A stretch of 64,000 nt of DNA from an uncultured Gammaproteobacteria bacterium (GCA_903866355.1 CAIPNE010000714.1:64825-128824); one strand, 5' to 3'. Shown: positions 27,128-36,345, numbered from the stretch's first letter. A program made the numbers and translations. The notes: generated by a model from the letters alone, not told the origin.

Positions 27128-28150
27128 TCACGCTCCGACGTTGACGATGTCAAGGCGGCTGGCGAGTGCCCCGCTGTTTTGTCCGCTGATAGCGTCCACT
27201 ACCTGCTCCACGAAGCTAAAGATCTGGCCGATGATGTTGTTGGGTGCTTCAAAGGATGCCTTCACCGTCAGTACGTCATCTTTTTCAAAGCGCAGCTTGC
27301 CCGACAGCGACAGAGTCTGGGAGAAGCCCGGTGTGTAAAGGTTCCCGCGCATGAACTGCTGGGTCCGCAGGGTCGTCTCCTGGCCGTTGATGCACAGCAC
27401 CATTTTGGCGACATCCGGCACGATCTGTGGGTTCCACTGGACGGCGCAGTCGATCTGATAAAGACCGCCCTGTCGGACGGTGATTGCCGTGAGGCTCGCT
27501 GCCGGATTGAAGCAGTTGTACGGATCTTCCAGTTCGTCCTGCCACTCCAAGATGGTTCCGGACCAGACGAGCTTCTGTGGGTTGCGCTGACGCACCCGGC
27601 AGATCAAGGCAGGCTGGGGTACCGGCGGGTTGACCACGGTGGGGTAGTAGTTGTTGATGACCGGCTGCTGCGGCGGGGAGCCGAATACCGTGTGCCAGCC
27701 GGTCGTACCGCCATAGGTAGCCCAAACCTGCACCAGATTGGTGTCCGTTTCAAAGATCATCAGGCCGGGATAGGCGCTGGGCCGTGATCCGGACGTGCAG
27801 AGGCGGTAGTGCTGAGGGACTTCCGCGACGGTATGAGTGTGGTTACCCGGCGCTGCCTGCCATGCGCCCGTCCCCAGCGTGTGGTGGATCGCCGTGGTGG
27901 ACGAATCGGTGTCCGCATTCTGGTGGGTGTTAGCCTGCGACAGCTTTGGGCCATGCCCGATTCCGCTCGCACCACTGTGGTCGTGGGTTTTGAGCGCGGC
28001 ATTAGCCTCCAACGCCATGACGGCTTTGTTGATGTCGTCATGTAGCTCCGTATGGTTGCGGAGCGCCGTACCCGCCGAAGAGAGAGAAGTCTCTTCGGGA
28101 AGGGTGGGGACGTTGAAGAAGTCGAAGTCGCCGGGGTAGACGATGCCCAC
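27128..28150 (-). CDS. Hypothetical structural protein with a His/Gly-rich N-terminal region
   Basis: 340 aa, containing ...HDHSGASGIGHGPKLSQANTHQNAD...HHTLGTGAW...HTHTV... Confidence 0.45.
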   Translation of the reverse strand: MGIVYPGDFDFFNVPTLPEETSLSSAGTALRNHTELHDDINKAVMALEANAALKTHDHSGASGIGHGPKLSQANTHQNADTDSSTTAIHHTLGTGAWQAAPGNHTHTVAEVPQHYRLCTSGSRPSAYPGLMIFETDTNLVQVWATYGGTTGWHTVFGSPPQQPVINNYYPTVVNPPVPQPALICRVRQRNPQKLVWSGTILEWQDELEDPYNCFNPAASLTAITVRQGGLYQIDCAVQWNPQIVPDVAKMVLCINGQETTLRTQQFMRGNLYTPGFSQTLSLSGKLRFEKDDVLTVKASFEAPNNIIGQIFSFVEQVVDAISGQNSGALASRLDIVNVGA

Positions 28151-28187
28151 CTAAGACCCCTCTCTGTATTGCAGGGAGCGGGCAGAT

Positions 28188-28520
28188 CTAGCTGATCGGA
28201 TCGCCGTTCTCGTCCTTGAGGACCGACGCGGAGTCGTAGAAGTCGCGCATGTAATCCTGGTTGCGGCTCGCCAGAGCAGCGACCCGTGCGCCAGCAGCGG
28301 CACCGGCATTGCCAACGTCGATGGTTCCCGCTTCGACGGCCAGAGCCTGGATCACAGCTTCGCCGGTCACGATGCTGGAGGTATCACCATTGATGGTGCA
28401 GGACTGAACCTCGTAGAGAGCGTCGGACACAGACGGCCCGCCGGGGATACCGGCATTCGGCTGCTTGGTCAGATACAGGCCGTTGACAACGGGTCCGTAC
28501 TGCGGATAGGGAGCGGTCAT
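28188..28520 (-). CDS. Small paralogue 3 of a three-gene family
   Basis: 110 aa. It shares the ...SCTI(N/D)G(D/E)(T/E)SS(I/A)VTG... block with the 72-aa paralogue. RBS GAAAGG precedes the ATG. Confidence 0.45.
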   Translation of the reverse strand: MTAPYPQYGPVVNGLYLTKQPNAGIPGGPSVSDALYEVQSCTINGDTSSIVTGEAVIQALAVEAGTIDVGNAGAAAGARVAALASRNQDYMRDFYDSASVLKDENGDPIS

Positions 28521-28535
28521 GGTGATTTACCTTTC

Positions 28536-28703
28536 TTACGGGGTCGGGAGGGTAGGCGTGTCTGCGGCTGCCTCAGCGACCACCATGGCTGCTGGGGGGT
28601 TGGCAAGGGCACCCGTGATGCGCGGCGTGGAGACGCCGAACTGGCGAACCTGATAGGTCGCCTTCGGGTAGGGGTCGCTGCTGCTGAGTGCCCAGTCGCT
28701 CAT
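28536..28703 (-). CDS. Small paralogue 2 (55 aa), not in the ORF track
   Basis: Own translation gives MSDWALSSSDPYPKATYQVRQFGVSTPRITGALANPPAAMVVAEAAADTPTLPTP. AGGAG lies 8 nt upstream of the ATG. It shares the Y(Q)xRQF(P/G) block with the 72-aa gene and fills an otherwise 186-nt gap. Confidence 0.4.
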   Translation of the reverse strand: MSDWALSSSDPYPKATYQVRQFGVSTPRITGALANPPAAMVVAEAAADTPTLPTP

Positions 28704-28706
28704 GGC

Positions 28707-28925
28707 TTAGGCTCCTGTTGCCCCGGCGGCGGGATCGTAGCGGGTAGCGTCACGGGCGGTAACCGCGCTGGACTCTTCGCCGTCGATGGTGCAAGACGGA
28801 GGGGTGGCGAGCGAGTCGGCCACCGTCACGTCGGGGTTGCCGTCCTTGGTGAACGGAAACTGGCGAGTCTGGTACCCCAAGACGAAGGGGTTGTCAGCGC
28901 CGGGGTGGGGTGCGGGGGCGGTCAT
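28707..28925 (-). CDS. Small paralogue 1 (72 aa)
   Basis: MTAPAPHPGADNPFVLGYQTRQFPFTKDG...PSCTIDGEESSAVTA. It is ATGA-coupled to the upstream 200-aa gene. Confidence 0.45.
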   Translation of the reverse strand: MTAPAPHPGADNPFVLGYQTRQFPFTKDGNPDVTVADSLATPPSCTIDGEESSAVTARDATRYDPAAGATGA

Positions 28926-29524
28926 TTTGCTCCTTTTCGGGGTGCGGTCACGGTGGTGGTGGCGAAGGTCCAGGTTTCGTTACCCTGAGAGTCGGTGGTC
29001 AGACTGCCGGGGAACAGTGCCGCCATGTCGGCGTGAAGCGCACACAGAGGGGCGATGCCCTCCTTGAGTTCCCGTGCCGACTGGAACACCCGGCCACGGG
29101 TGACCACGCCCGACTTGGGGTCGGTTTCACCGCACTGGAGGCATGCCTTTTCGACCAGATCCCTGCCGGTGTTCGCCTCTTCAACCTCGCCGCGCAGATT
29201 CGCCATTTGCTCGTCGGAAGCGGCGATGGACTGGCTCATCAGCAGGGTGATGTGATCCTCCATGGCCTCGTCGGTCGAGACGGTGATGCTGCCCTTCATC
29301 CACAGCTTCTGAAGGCCGCGCATTTCCAGAGCGAGCTTGGGCAGGTGGGCGACAGAGTCGGAGGTACCAGCCGGGGAAAGCTCAAAGTCCACGTTCCCCT
29401 CGCCAATGCGCTGGTGAAAGCTCATGTGGTGGGGAGTGTTGTTCTTGATGTACAGCGAACCCTCATGCTTGCGGAGTTCCGGCAGCGTGAGCTTCTTGTC
29501 CTGCTGCTTAGTGCTTGTAGCCAT
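28922..29524 (-). CDS. Hypothetical protein
   Basis: 200-aa ORF. GAGGAAGAGAGATAAGG precedes the ATG. Confidence 0.45.
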   Translation of the reverse strand: MATSTKQQDKKLTLPELRKHEGSLYIKNNTPHHMSFHQRIGEGNVDFELSPAGTSDSVAHLPKLALEMRGLQKLWMKGSITVSTDEAMEDHITLLMSQSIAASDEQMANLRGEVEEANTGRDLVEKACLQCGETDPKSGVVTRGRVFQSARELKEGIAPLCALHADMAALFPGSLTTDSQGNETWTFATTTVTAPRKGAK

Positions 29525-29601
29525 GCCTTATCTCTCTTCCTCGACGGTTGGCTCTTACATACTTTCAGGCTGCCGGGGCGCAGAGGTACAGGGTGAAGGG
29601 T

Positions 29602-29880
29602 TTAGGCTCCGGTGTCGCCACCTGTGCTGCCGGTTGCCCCGGTGTCTCCACCAGTCGATCCGGTGGCACCCGCGCCGCCAGTAGAGCCGGTTGCCCCAGT
29701 GTCTCCACCAGAGGACGCTCCGGTATCCCCTCCGGTGGCTCCGGTGTCTCCACCGCCTGTGGAACCAGTAGCCCCTCCGGTGTCGCCGCCCGTAGCCCCG
29801 ACATCACCCTTAGTTGATTCCGTTGCGCCCGTATCGCCACCCGATCCCGTTGCGCCCTCCGATGAGCCGGTCGGCTCGGG
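29602..29880. repeat. Tandem nucleotide repeat encoding the collagen-like G-D/A/S-T region
   Basis: Repeated ggtgtctccacc / ggtggcaccc / ggttgcccc units of 9 to 27 nt are visible on the plus strand. Confidence 0.5.
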
Positions 29881-30135
29881 TTCAGGCGTAGGCTCAGGTG
29901 CAGCAACGTCGGGCACTGCGTCGGCCAGTACCTGGCGAACCTCTAAGATGACGTTGTTCAGCGCGTTGGCGCGAGCATCATCCTGGGCCTGCTGCTCTTG
30001 GACTTCAGCAGCGGTCACCGCCCCGTCAATGGCTGCCTTTACCTGAGCAGCGATGTCGGGGTGAGCGGCGATGACCTCCATCGCAGCGCCCATCTTGGCA
30101 GTCAGTTCCGCGAAGACCTCATCGAATGTTGCCAT
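29602..30135 (-). CDS. Fibre-stalk-like protein: helical N-terminal half, Pro/Glu linker and a collagen-like Gly-X-Y C-terminal region
   Basis: 177 aa. The C-terminus reads GDTGATGSTGGDTGATGSTGGDTGA... Confidence 0.5.
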   Translation of the reverse strand: MATFDEVFAELTAKMGAAMEVIAAHPDIAAQVKAAIDGAVTAAEVQEQQAQDDARANALNNVILEVRQVLADAVPDVAAPEPTPEPEPTGSSEGATGSGGDTGATESTKGDVGATGGDTGGATGSTGGGDTGATGGDTGASSGGDTGATGSTGGAGATGSTGGDTGATGSTGGDTGA

Positions 30136-30155
30136 TATGTGTTCCCTTCAATCTT

Positions 30156-30893
30156 TTAGATGAGATACCGAATGATGACGATGCCAGAAGCACCACTACC
30201 AGCGCCACCGTCATAGTTACCGCCGCCACCGCCGCCCCAACCCTGACCACCGAAGCCGCGATAACTACCAATACCATTACCCCCGCTTGGGCTGGAAATG
30301 ACTGAAGCGGAAGTAATTACCCCACCGCCCCCACCGCCGCCGCCCCAACTGGCACCACCACTTCCCCCGCTGCCTGCGGAAATAAATGTCCCGATAAGGG
30401 CAGCAGTGTCACTCCAACCACCACCACTACCGGGTGCCCCACCACCAGCACCAGTACCGCCGTTGCCGTAAGAACCGCCGCCGCCGCCGCCGTAACCGCC
30501 GGAACCGCCAGTACCGCCGCCGCTTCCACCACCGCCACCACCGTTGTTGCTGACACCCTGACCGCCGCCGTTGGCGGTTAAGCCAAGAGCCGTAGAGGTA
30601 CCGCCACCGTTGCCGCCAGTACCGCCTGCGCCCACTGTGATCGAATACACGCCACCGGCAAACTGACTGCTGCTGGTGACCAGTCTCCCGCCACCACCGC
30701 CGCCGGAATATCCCGCTGTCGCGCCGCCGCCCCCGCCGCCGACAAGTACAGCCTGCATAGTTACCGATCTACCAACCGTGAAGGTTTGACCAGAAGTGGT
30801 GAAGATGTGGTAGCGGTAGCCACCTGTGTCAACGACGGTGCCGCCGATTGCGATTGGCCCCCCGGCCAAGATAGCGTTGCGTGCGGCGAACAT
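30156..30893 (-). CDS. Glycine-rich-domain protein, paralogous to the C-terminus of the IPT-repeat tail protein
   Basis: 245 aa with YRYHIFTTSGQTFTVGRSVTMQAVLVGGGGGG... poly-Gly ...GIVIIRYLI. Compare YNYTIPTWCTKIDVVMVGGGGAGG...RVWLYAY in 8684..10822. Confidence 0.5.
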   Translation of the reverse strand: MFAARNAILAGGPIAIGGTVVDTGGYRYHIFTTSGQTFTVGRSVTMQAVLVGGGGGGATAGYSGGGGGGRLVTSSSQFAGGVYSITVGAGGTGGNGGGTSTALGLTANGGGQGVSNNGGGGGGSGGGTGGSGGYGGGGGGSYGNGGTGAGGGAPGSGGGWSDTAALIGTFISAGSGGSGGASWGGGGGGGGVITSASVISSPSGGNGIGSYRGFGGQGWGGGGGGNYDGGAGSGASGIVIIRYLI

Positions 30894-31747
30894 TACGGTG
30901 TGTACCCCGCCGACACCGATCCGTACCAGTTGACCCCGTCACTGACGAAGCTGAGAATATCCATCTTCCCAGGAGTGACAGTAATGGTCGGAACACTTGT
31001 CCACTTGACGTTGGTGAAGGTGGCCGATCCGTTTCCAGTGGTCGGGGCTTGTTTGAGCAGCAAAATGAAGCTCTTCCCGGCCCCTACCGCAGGCATAGTG
31101 AAGGTGCAGGCGGTGCTTGCGGTGAGGGTTGCGGTCAGTACGGTTCCGCTGGTCAGAGACAAAGTCGCCGCCGTCGTGACGGTGCCGATGGTGACAACCG
31201 ACTCGGTGTAGTTGGTGATTGTCGGCGCGGTAAGGGTTTTGTTCGACAAGCTCTGAGTGGCAGCAATTGTAGTCACCGTGTCGGAGGCACCGGGGAAGGT
31301 GAACGTCGTCCCGTCCGTACCGGCCAGCGTCAACGTGGTGTTGACGTTTAGCACCTTGCCTGCGGCGAAGTTCGACCCAAAGAAGCTGTCCTCCCAGTGT
31401 TCAGGAAGGGTCGGGTCTGCTACCAGGGCGGTGAACATACATTCGATGCTCGGGCCAAGCACATGGATGACGCCCATGTTGGAGGACAGTGTGGTGATGG
31501 TGCCCGACGAGTTGTTGATCCCAATGATCTGCGTTCCGGCTTCGACTCCGGTCGTCGGCAGCACCAAAGTGTGGTTCGCGCTGCCGGTGAACTCTTGAGT
31601 CCTAGCAGAGGCAGAGGTTAGCGTCAACGTACCGCCCGATGTCGCCGTGGAGGCGAAGCTGGATAGCCGGTTGACCTGGGACACGACGGTATTAAAGTCG
31701 CTGGCCCCTAGTGAGTCACCAGTGTTGTAGTTATCCTTTAGCGGCAT
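30893..31747 (-). CDS. Fibre-like protein with a conserved N-terminal MPLKxNY..GD..(D/E)(F/L)N motif
   Basis: 284 aa, Thr/Ser/Gly-rich and beta-rich. Its N-terminus is paralogous to that of 36043..36321. Confidence 0.45.
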   Translation of the reverse strand: MPLKDNYNTGDSLGASDFNTVVSQVNRLSSFASTATSGGTLTLTSASARTQEFTGSANHTLVLPTTGVEAGTQIIGINNSSGTITTLSSNMGVIHVLGPSIECMFTALVADPTLPEHWEDSFFGSNFAAGKVLNVNTTLTLAGTDGTTFTFPGASDTVTTIAATQSLSNKTLTAPTITNYTESVVTIGTVTTAATLSLTSGTVLTATLTASTACTFTMPAVGAGKSFILLLKQAPTTGNGSATFTNVKWTSVPTITVTPGKMDILSFVSDGVNWYGSVSAGYTP

Positions 31748-31800
31748 TGGTGTTTCCTCTCTACATCACTTAAAGTCGCTGGTGGCGGGGAGTACAGGTA

Positions 31801-34500
31801 TCAGGCGAAGGGGACGGCGGGAGGGGTGAAGTCGGCGGTGTACCGGGCGGCTTGAGTGATCCGAAGGTTTTCAATTTGCCCCTGGAAATCCTGGGCTACC
31901 CCTGCCGACAACCGACCGATATGCAGCGGGGTCGTGGGGGTGATCGCGGTGGCGTTGCTGACGGTCGCCCCTTGGAGGACTCCACCGACATACATCCGCA
32001 GGGTTCCGCTGGCTCGGGAGACAGCGACATGCACCCAGTCTGTTCCTGTGTATGCGCGTGTCATCAGGGTGGTGTCGCCGTTGCCGAACTCAAAATTGTT
32101 GCCGTTGCGCCGCAGCCACCACCCCATTGACGGCCCACCGTAGGTGCTGGCGATGACCAGACCTGCGGCCCATTTGACCCACGCCTCGACGGTGAAGTCA
32201 CCGGGGAAGCTCATGTGCCCCGCCCGGTATGGGATGGTCAGGTAATCTCCGGTGCCGTCGAGGGTGACACTACTGGTGGAGAACTTAGTCACCGCCGTCG
32301 AGGTCTTCGCATCGCCGTAGTTGGTCAGGTTGGTCATCCCAGTCGAGTCGTAGATTCCGGCGTTGTCGAAATCCACCAGCAGGCTGGTGCCGGAAATGGC
32401 GGCGACTGGGGCGGTCGGCGGTGTGAACGCGGCGGTGTAGACGGCGGTGCTGGTTATCCGAATGTTGGCGGCATAACCGATGAAATAACCTCCTGCGCCG
32501 TTGGACTCGCAACCAACATAAAACGGGCTAGTCGCCCTGGAGGTCAAATCATTGTTCGTTGTCGTGGAGCCGACCAGCACGCCGTTGAGGTAGAGGCGGG
32601 TGGTGCCGCTGGCGCGTGACAGTGCGACATGGTTCCAGGTGTTGAGCGTCATGGCTGTAGATGCGGCGATGAGGGCGGTGTCATTGTTCCGGTATGCCAG
32701 CACGCCGGAAGTGTCCACGTTGAGTGTCACGTCATTGGCGGGGCCGGTGCCGAAAGACCAGAGCCTCTGGAAGTAGGTGGTGCGGATCGTGAAGTCGCTA
32801 AAGTTCCACCACCCCTCGACGGTGAAGTCTCCCGTCCCGATTCCGGTCAGGTACCCAGCCGGAACAGTCAGATAATCCCCTGTCCCGTCGAAGTACCCGC
32901 TGCCACCGTAGGGGTAGGTGACCCGCTTGAACGGGGCAGCCTCGTTCGCACTGAGGGTCACGTTGCCATAGACCCCGGTGCCGTTCTTGGTGATAGTGAA
33001 GTTGTTAGTGCTGGCATCGGTGATGGTGGACGCACTCTGGCACGTCAGCAGGCTGGTGTTGGCGATAGCAGTGAGTGGAGCGGTGGGCACCGTCAAAGTA
33101 GTCTGGGTCGGGTTGTAGACCGCCGTGCCCTTCACCAGACGCAGATTGGAAATGTACCCGGCGTAGAAGGAGCCACCACCGTCATCGGCCACATAGGAGG
33201 TTCCCTGGACGAAAGTGGTGCTGTTGGTCACCGTGGCTACCCTGATGCCGTTGAAGAACAGCGACAGAGTGGTCCCGCTTCGGACTACGGCTATATGAGT
33301 CCAAACCTTCACCGTGGGGAGTGCCGCCTGCAACAGGTCGGCAACGTAGGCGGTTCGCACGACGAAGTTGCTGCCGTTTTTGCCGATCCACAATCCGGTG
33401 TTCACCAAAGTGACAAAGATTCCGCTCGTGGTGTTTGTCCAGTTATTGGGATTAAGCCAGCACTCAAACGTGAAGTTGCCAGAGGCGGGATTCAGTGCGG
33501 CACTACTGGGGATCGACAGGTTGGTTGGGACACCGTAGTTCAACCAATCGGTGGGGTCACCGTTGAAATACACGCTGCCGGTGCTGGTGGCCCCCGCCGT
33601 GATGCGGGGTGGGGCGAACGGGGAAAACCGGGTGACGGCGGTGTCACCCGATTTGGTGATCGTGAAGTTGTTAGTCGAGTTGTCCTTGAAGCGGTTGTCC
33701 TGCAAGGTGAGCAGGCTGGTGTTGGCGATGGCAGTGAGCGGAGCCGTAGGCACCGTGTAGGACGTTCCCTCGTAGACAGCCGTTCCCTTGACGAGCCGCA
33801 CATTGGAGAGGTACCCGAAGGTGTATTCGTTCGTACCACTGTTGCCGATATACGGGGAAGACGCTGATGCCTGGGCAGTGGTGAAGGCTGCGGTGGCCGT
33901 CCGTGTGCCGTTCAGGTACAGCGACAGCGTGTTGCCGGATCGGACAACGGCGCAATGGTTCCAGGTGTTGTTGACGATGGTGCCACCGGCAAGAAGCTCA
34001 ACACTGTTACCGGCCTTCAGGACATTGCTCTGCACATACAGGGCCATGCCAAGTCCGTTGCCCCCAGCACCGATTCTGGTGTCAATGAGAACGTCAAGGT
34101 TGCTGCCCGTCTTGTAGAACCAGCACTCCATCGTCCAGTCGCCCGAACCGAACCCGAACGCGGCATTGCTTGCCAGCGAGAGAAAGTCGCCGCTGCCGTC
34201 GAAGTACCCCGACCAGTACCCGCTTGGGAAGTACGGGGAGAAGGTTCCCTGCGTCACGTCCCCGGTGCGGGTCACCGCGAAGTTGTTGGTGCTGCCGTCG
34301 CGGAAGACACTGTTGGTCGCACCGGGAATACCGATGGTCCTCATTGACAGGACGTTGCTGGCCGGAATGGAGTCGGGGGCGACATCAACCGGCCAGGTGC
34401 CTGCCCGAACGGCTAGCTGGTTCTCTTGGAGGTTCCAGATGCCCGGTGCCGACGTGGTGGTCGGTGTGATGAGCTTGCCCATGACGTTGCCGGTACTCAT
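31801..34500 (-). CDS. Protein with about four tandem LamG_3-like (concanavalin-A-like lectin/glucanase) domains
   Basis: 899 aa. Each domain repeats FDGSGDYL...W...GYxSNxRxVKGTAVY signatures, for example GYLSNVRLVKGTAVY, GYISNLRLVKGTAVY and ANIRITSTAVY. Confidence 0.6.
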   Translation of the reverse strand: MSTGNVMGKLITPTTTSAPGIWNLQENQLAVRAGTWPVDVAPDSIPASNVLSMRTIGIPGATNSVFRDGSTNNFAVTRTGDVTQGTFSPYFPSGYWSGYFDGSGDFLSLASNAAFGFGSGDWTMECWFYKTGSNLDVLIDTRIGAGGNGLGMALYVQSNVLKAGNSVELLAGGTIVNNTWNHCAVVRSGNTLSLYLNGTRTATAAFTTAQASASSPYIGNSGTNEYTFGYLSNVRLVKGTAVYEGTSYTVPTAPLTAIANTSLLTLQDNRFKDNSTNNFTITKSGDTAVTRFSPFAPPRITAGATSTGSVYFNGDPTDWLNYGVPTNLSIPSSAALNPASGNFTFECWLNPNNWTNTTSGIFVTLVNTGLWIGKNGSNFVVRTAYVADLLQAALPTVKVWTHIAVVRSGTTLSLFFNGIRVATVTNSTTFVQGTSYVADDGGGSFYAGYISNLRLVKGTAVYNPTQTTLTVPTAPLTAIANTSLLTCQSASTITDASTNNFTITKNGTGVYGNVTLSANEAAPFKRVTYPYGGSGYFDGTGDYLTVPAGYLTGIGTGDFTVEGWWNFSDFTIRTTYFQRLWSFGTGPANDVTLNVDTSGVLAYRNNDTALIAASTAMTLNTWNHVALSRASGTTRLYLNGVLVGSTTTNNDLTSRATSPFYVGCESNGAGGYFIGYAANIRITSTAVYTAAFTPPTAPVAAISGTSLLVDFDNAGIYDSTGMTNLTNYGDAKTSTAVTKFSTSSVTLDGTGDYLTIPYRAGHMSFPGDFTVEAWVKWAAGLVIASTYGGPSMGWWLRRNGNNFEFGNGDTTLMTRAYTGTDWVHVAVSRASGTLRMYVGGVLQGATVSNATAITPTTPLHIGRLSAGVAQDFQGQIENLRITQAARYTADFTPPAVPFA

Positions 34501-34501
34501 G

Positions 34502-34987
34502 TCAGCCCCATACCTGAAACTCCAGCGTCATAACGTAACCGCTGGCGTTGTACAACCTGATGTACCGCCAGTTGTTATTGACGTTGATCGACACAAGACC
34601 GTTGGTTGAGCCGGTAGACGTGTAGGTCGGGGTGGTAGTGATGGTCGTCCAGTTGGTGTTGTCGGTGGAACCCTGAACGGTTCTTCCTTCGGCGTAGGAG
34701 GTTCCCCATCCACCGGGGAGGTTGCTCAGGTAGTCGTACCCGATCACGATGCGGTTAACGAACTTGGTTGACCCCAGGTCGGCCTTGATGAAGGCGTTGG
34801 CTTCGGAGTTCGTGCCCGTTTGGTAGCCGTTGGTCGCCACCGACCCGTTGGCGTTATTATCGTTCATCCCGGCATAGGTGGCCGCGACATTGCTGCCGTA
34901 GACAGAACTCTGAGTATAGGTGATCCCAGTGTATTGGCTCGCAGGGATCGCCTTCTCGTAGGCCGCTGTCATGCTCCACACACTCAT
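34502..34987 (-). CDS. Discoidin (F5/8 type C)-like carbohydrate-binding domain protein
   Basis: The track ORF spans 34502..35059. I prefer the ATG at 34985-34987, which makes an ATGA overlap with the upstream stop, giving 161 aa. The C-terminus reads ...NNNWRYIRLYNASGYVMTLEFQVWG. Confidence 0.45.
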   Translation of the reverse strand: MSVWSMTAAYEKAIPASQYTGITYTQSSVYGSNVAATYAGMNDNNANGSVATNGYQTGTNSEANAFIKADLGSTKFVNRIVIGYDYLSNLPGGWGTSYAEGRTVQGSTDNTNWTTITTTPTYTSTGSTNGLVSINVNNNWRYIRLYNASGYVMTLEFQVWG

Positions 34988-35670
34988 GTGAGTCCCAGCT
35001 TGGACTTGTAGGAGTTGTAGACAGAGGTCATCTCCGTGGTGGAGAGAATCCTGTTCCATACCGCGATGAAGGACACCTCACAGTTGGAGTTCTCTCCGTA
35101 AGAAATATTGACCCCCAACCCGTTGAATCCGGTTGATCCTCCGGTCGAGTTGGTCACCACGGCGGTGTTGTTGACGTAGAACGATCTTTGATTGGCCGCG
35201 TAGTTTTCGGTTCCGGCGTAGATTCTCCACGCCGTGTCAGCGGAGCCGCTGTAGTGAATCCAACCGTTGGCGTAATACGCCTGCGTATAGCCACCGTAGT
35301 GACCGAACAGCCAGTTGGTGCCAGAAGATGCGATGACCCGACCATTGGTGCCACCCGTGTAGCGCGAACCGCAGATGATGGTCAAGTTGTTATACAAATA
35401 GTTCAGCGGAGCGGTTGCGCTCTGCGTGGTCGTGAACCGCAGCACGCCGCCGTTGGTGGACTGGAAGGTGGGGCTTCCGGCCAACGTCATGTTGTTGCCG
35501 CTCCCGCTCAGGTCAGTCCAAGTAGTTCCGGTGCCAGGGTAGGAGCGGGTGTCTCCGGCATCCACATGCAGGGTCAAGCCGGAAGGCAAGACCGGGGGTA
35601 TAGGAATGGCCGTGCCGAAGGTTGCCTTGTAGCCGACGTAGCCACCGTTGTCGAATACGGTCTTGGTCAT
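34984..35670 (-). CDS. LamG-like lectin-fold protein
   Basis: 228 aa with ...TWTDLSGSGNNMTLAGSP... and ...WNRILSTTEMTSVYNSY... Confidence 0.5.
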   Translation of the reverse strand: MTKTVFDNGGYVGYKATFGTAIPIPPVLPSGLTLHVDAGDTRSYPGTGTTWTDLSGSGNNMTLAGSPTFQSTNGGVLRFTTTQSATAPLNYLYNNLTIICGSRYTGGTNGRVIASSGTNWLFGHYGGYTQAYYANGWIHYSGSADTAWRIYAGTENYAANQRSFYVNNTAVVTNSTGGSTGFNGLGVNISYGENSNCEVSFIAVWNRILSTTEMTSVYNSYKSKLGLT

Positions 35671-35673
35671 CGT

Positions 35674-36033
35674 CTAGCTGATTTCCTCATACGAGCAGAC
35701 GGCTTCCAAACTGGTATTCGCGCTGGCCGTCACCCGCAAGCTGTCATTTTCCTCCAGGTAGATGCTGGTGTCCTTGGAGATAACCACCAGGGTTGCAGCC
35801 ACCGGGACGGTGATGGTGAAGGCGAGCCGGAAGGCGGTGGTCTGGTTCTTGTAGACATCCACGGTGATCGTCGCCGCTGCCGCCCCGATGTTAGCGATGG
35901 ACAGCGAGTTGATCTTGAGGATTTTGCCGCTGGAGGCGGCGTTGGTCACCAGGGCGGCGGCAGAGGTCGTGACGGCGGCACCGGCCACCTTCCCCAAAAT
36001 GGTGGTGACGTTGACAATGTTGGGGTTAGCCAT
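35674..36033 (-). CDS. Small beta-rich hypothetical protein
   Basis: 119-aa ORF, Ala/Thr/Val-rich. Confidence 0.4.
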   Translation of the reverse strand: MANPNIVNVTTILGKVAGAAVTTSAAALVTNAASSGKILKINSLSIANIGAAAATITVDVYKNQTTAFRLAFTITVPVAATLVVISKDTSIYLEENDSLRVTASANTSLEAVCSYEEIS

Positions 36034-36042
36034 GGGATTTCC

Positions 36043-36321
36043 TTACCCGAAAACGATTGCCATGGCAATCGCCTTGCCGGTGCTGAATGTCGGCGGGGTG
36101 GCCCAGGTGCCGTCACCGCGCAGGTAGGTGGTGGAGCCGGGAGATCCGCTGGATGTGCTGATTCCCGCCACCGGCAGGCCGGTGCAGTTGGTCAGGGTTC
36201 CGGAGGTAGGAGTTCCCAGCGCCGCGCCCGAAACCACCGCAGCGTTAATCGCCGTGTTGGCGCTGTTCAGTTCGGTGGCGGTCACCACGTCGCCATTGAC
36301 ATAGTTAGTCTTGAGCGGCAT
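36043..36321 (-). CDS. Small fibre-associated protein sharing the MPLKxNY..GD N-terminal motif
   Basis: 92 aa: MPLKTNYVNGDVVTATELNSANTAINAAV... ending ...YLRGDGTWATPPTF... Confidence 0.4.
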   Translation of the reverse strand: MPLKTNYVNGDVVTATELNSANTAINAAVVSGAALGTPTSGTLTNCTGLPVAGISTSSGSPGSTTYLRGDGTWATPPTFSTGKAIAMAIVFG

Positions 36322-36345
36322 TTTGGCTCCTTACTCTCTCTCTCT

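Noticed and set aside
26447-27787. Long plus-strand ORFs (26447..27787 at 446 aa, 32629..33867 at 412 aa, 35188..36351 at 387 aa, 44869..46182 at 437 aa, 50770..51996 at 408 aa, 22585..23574 at 329 aa and others)
   Set aside because: All lie antisense to well-supported minus-strand genes with RBSs and motifs. Their products are Arg/Gly/Pro-rich nonsense typical of shadow ORFs in GC-rich DNA. They have no RBS and no motifs.
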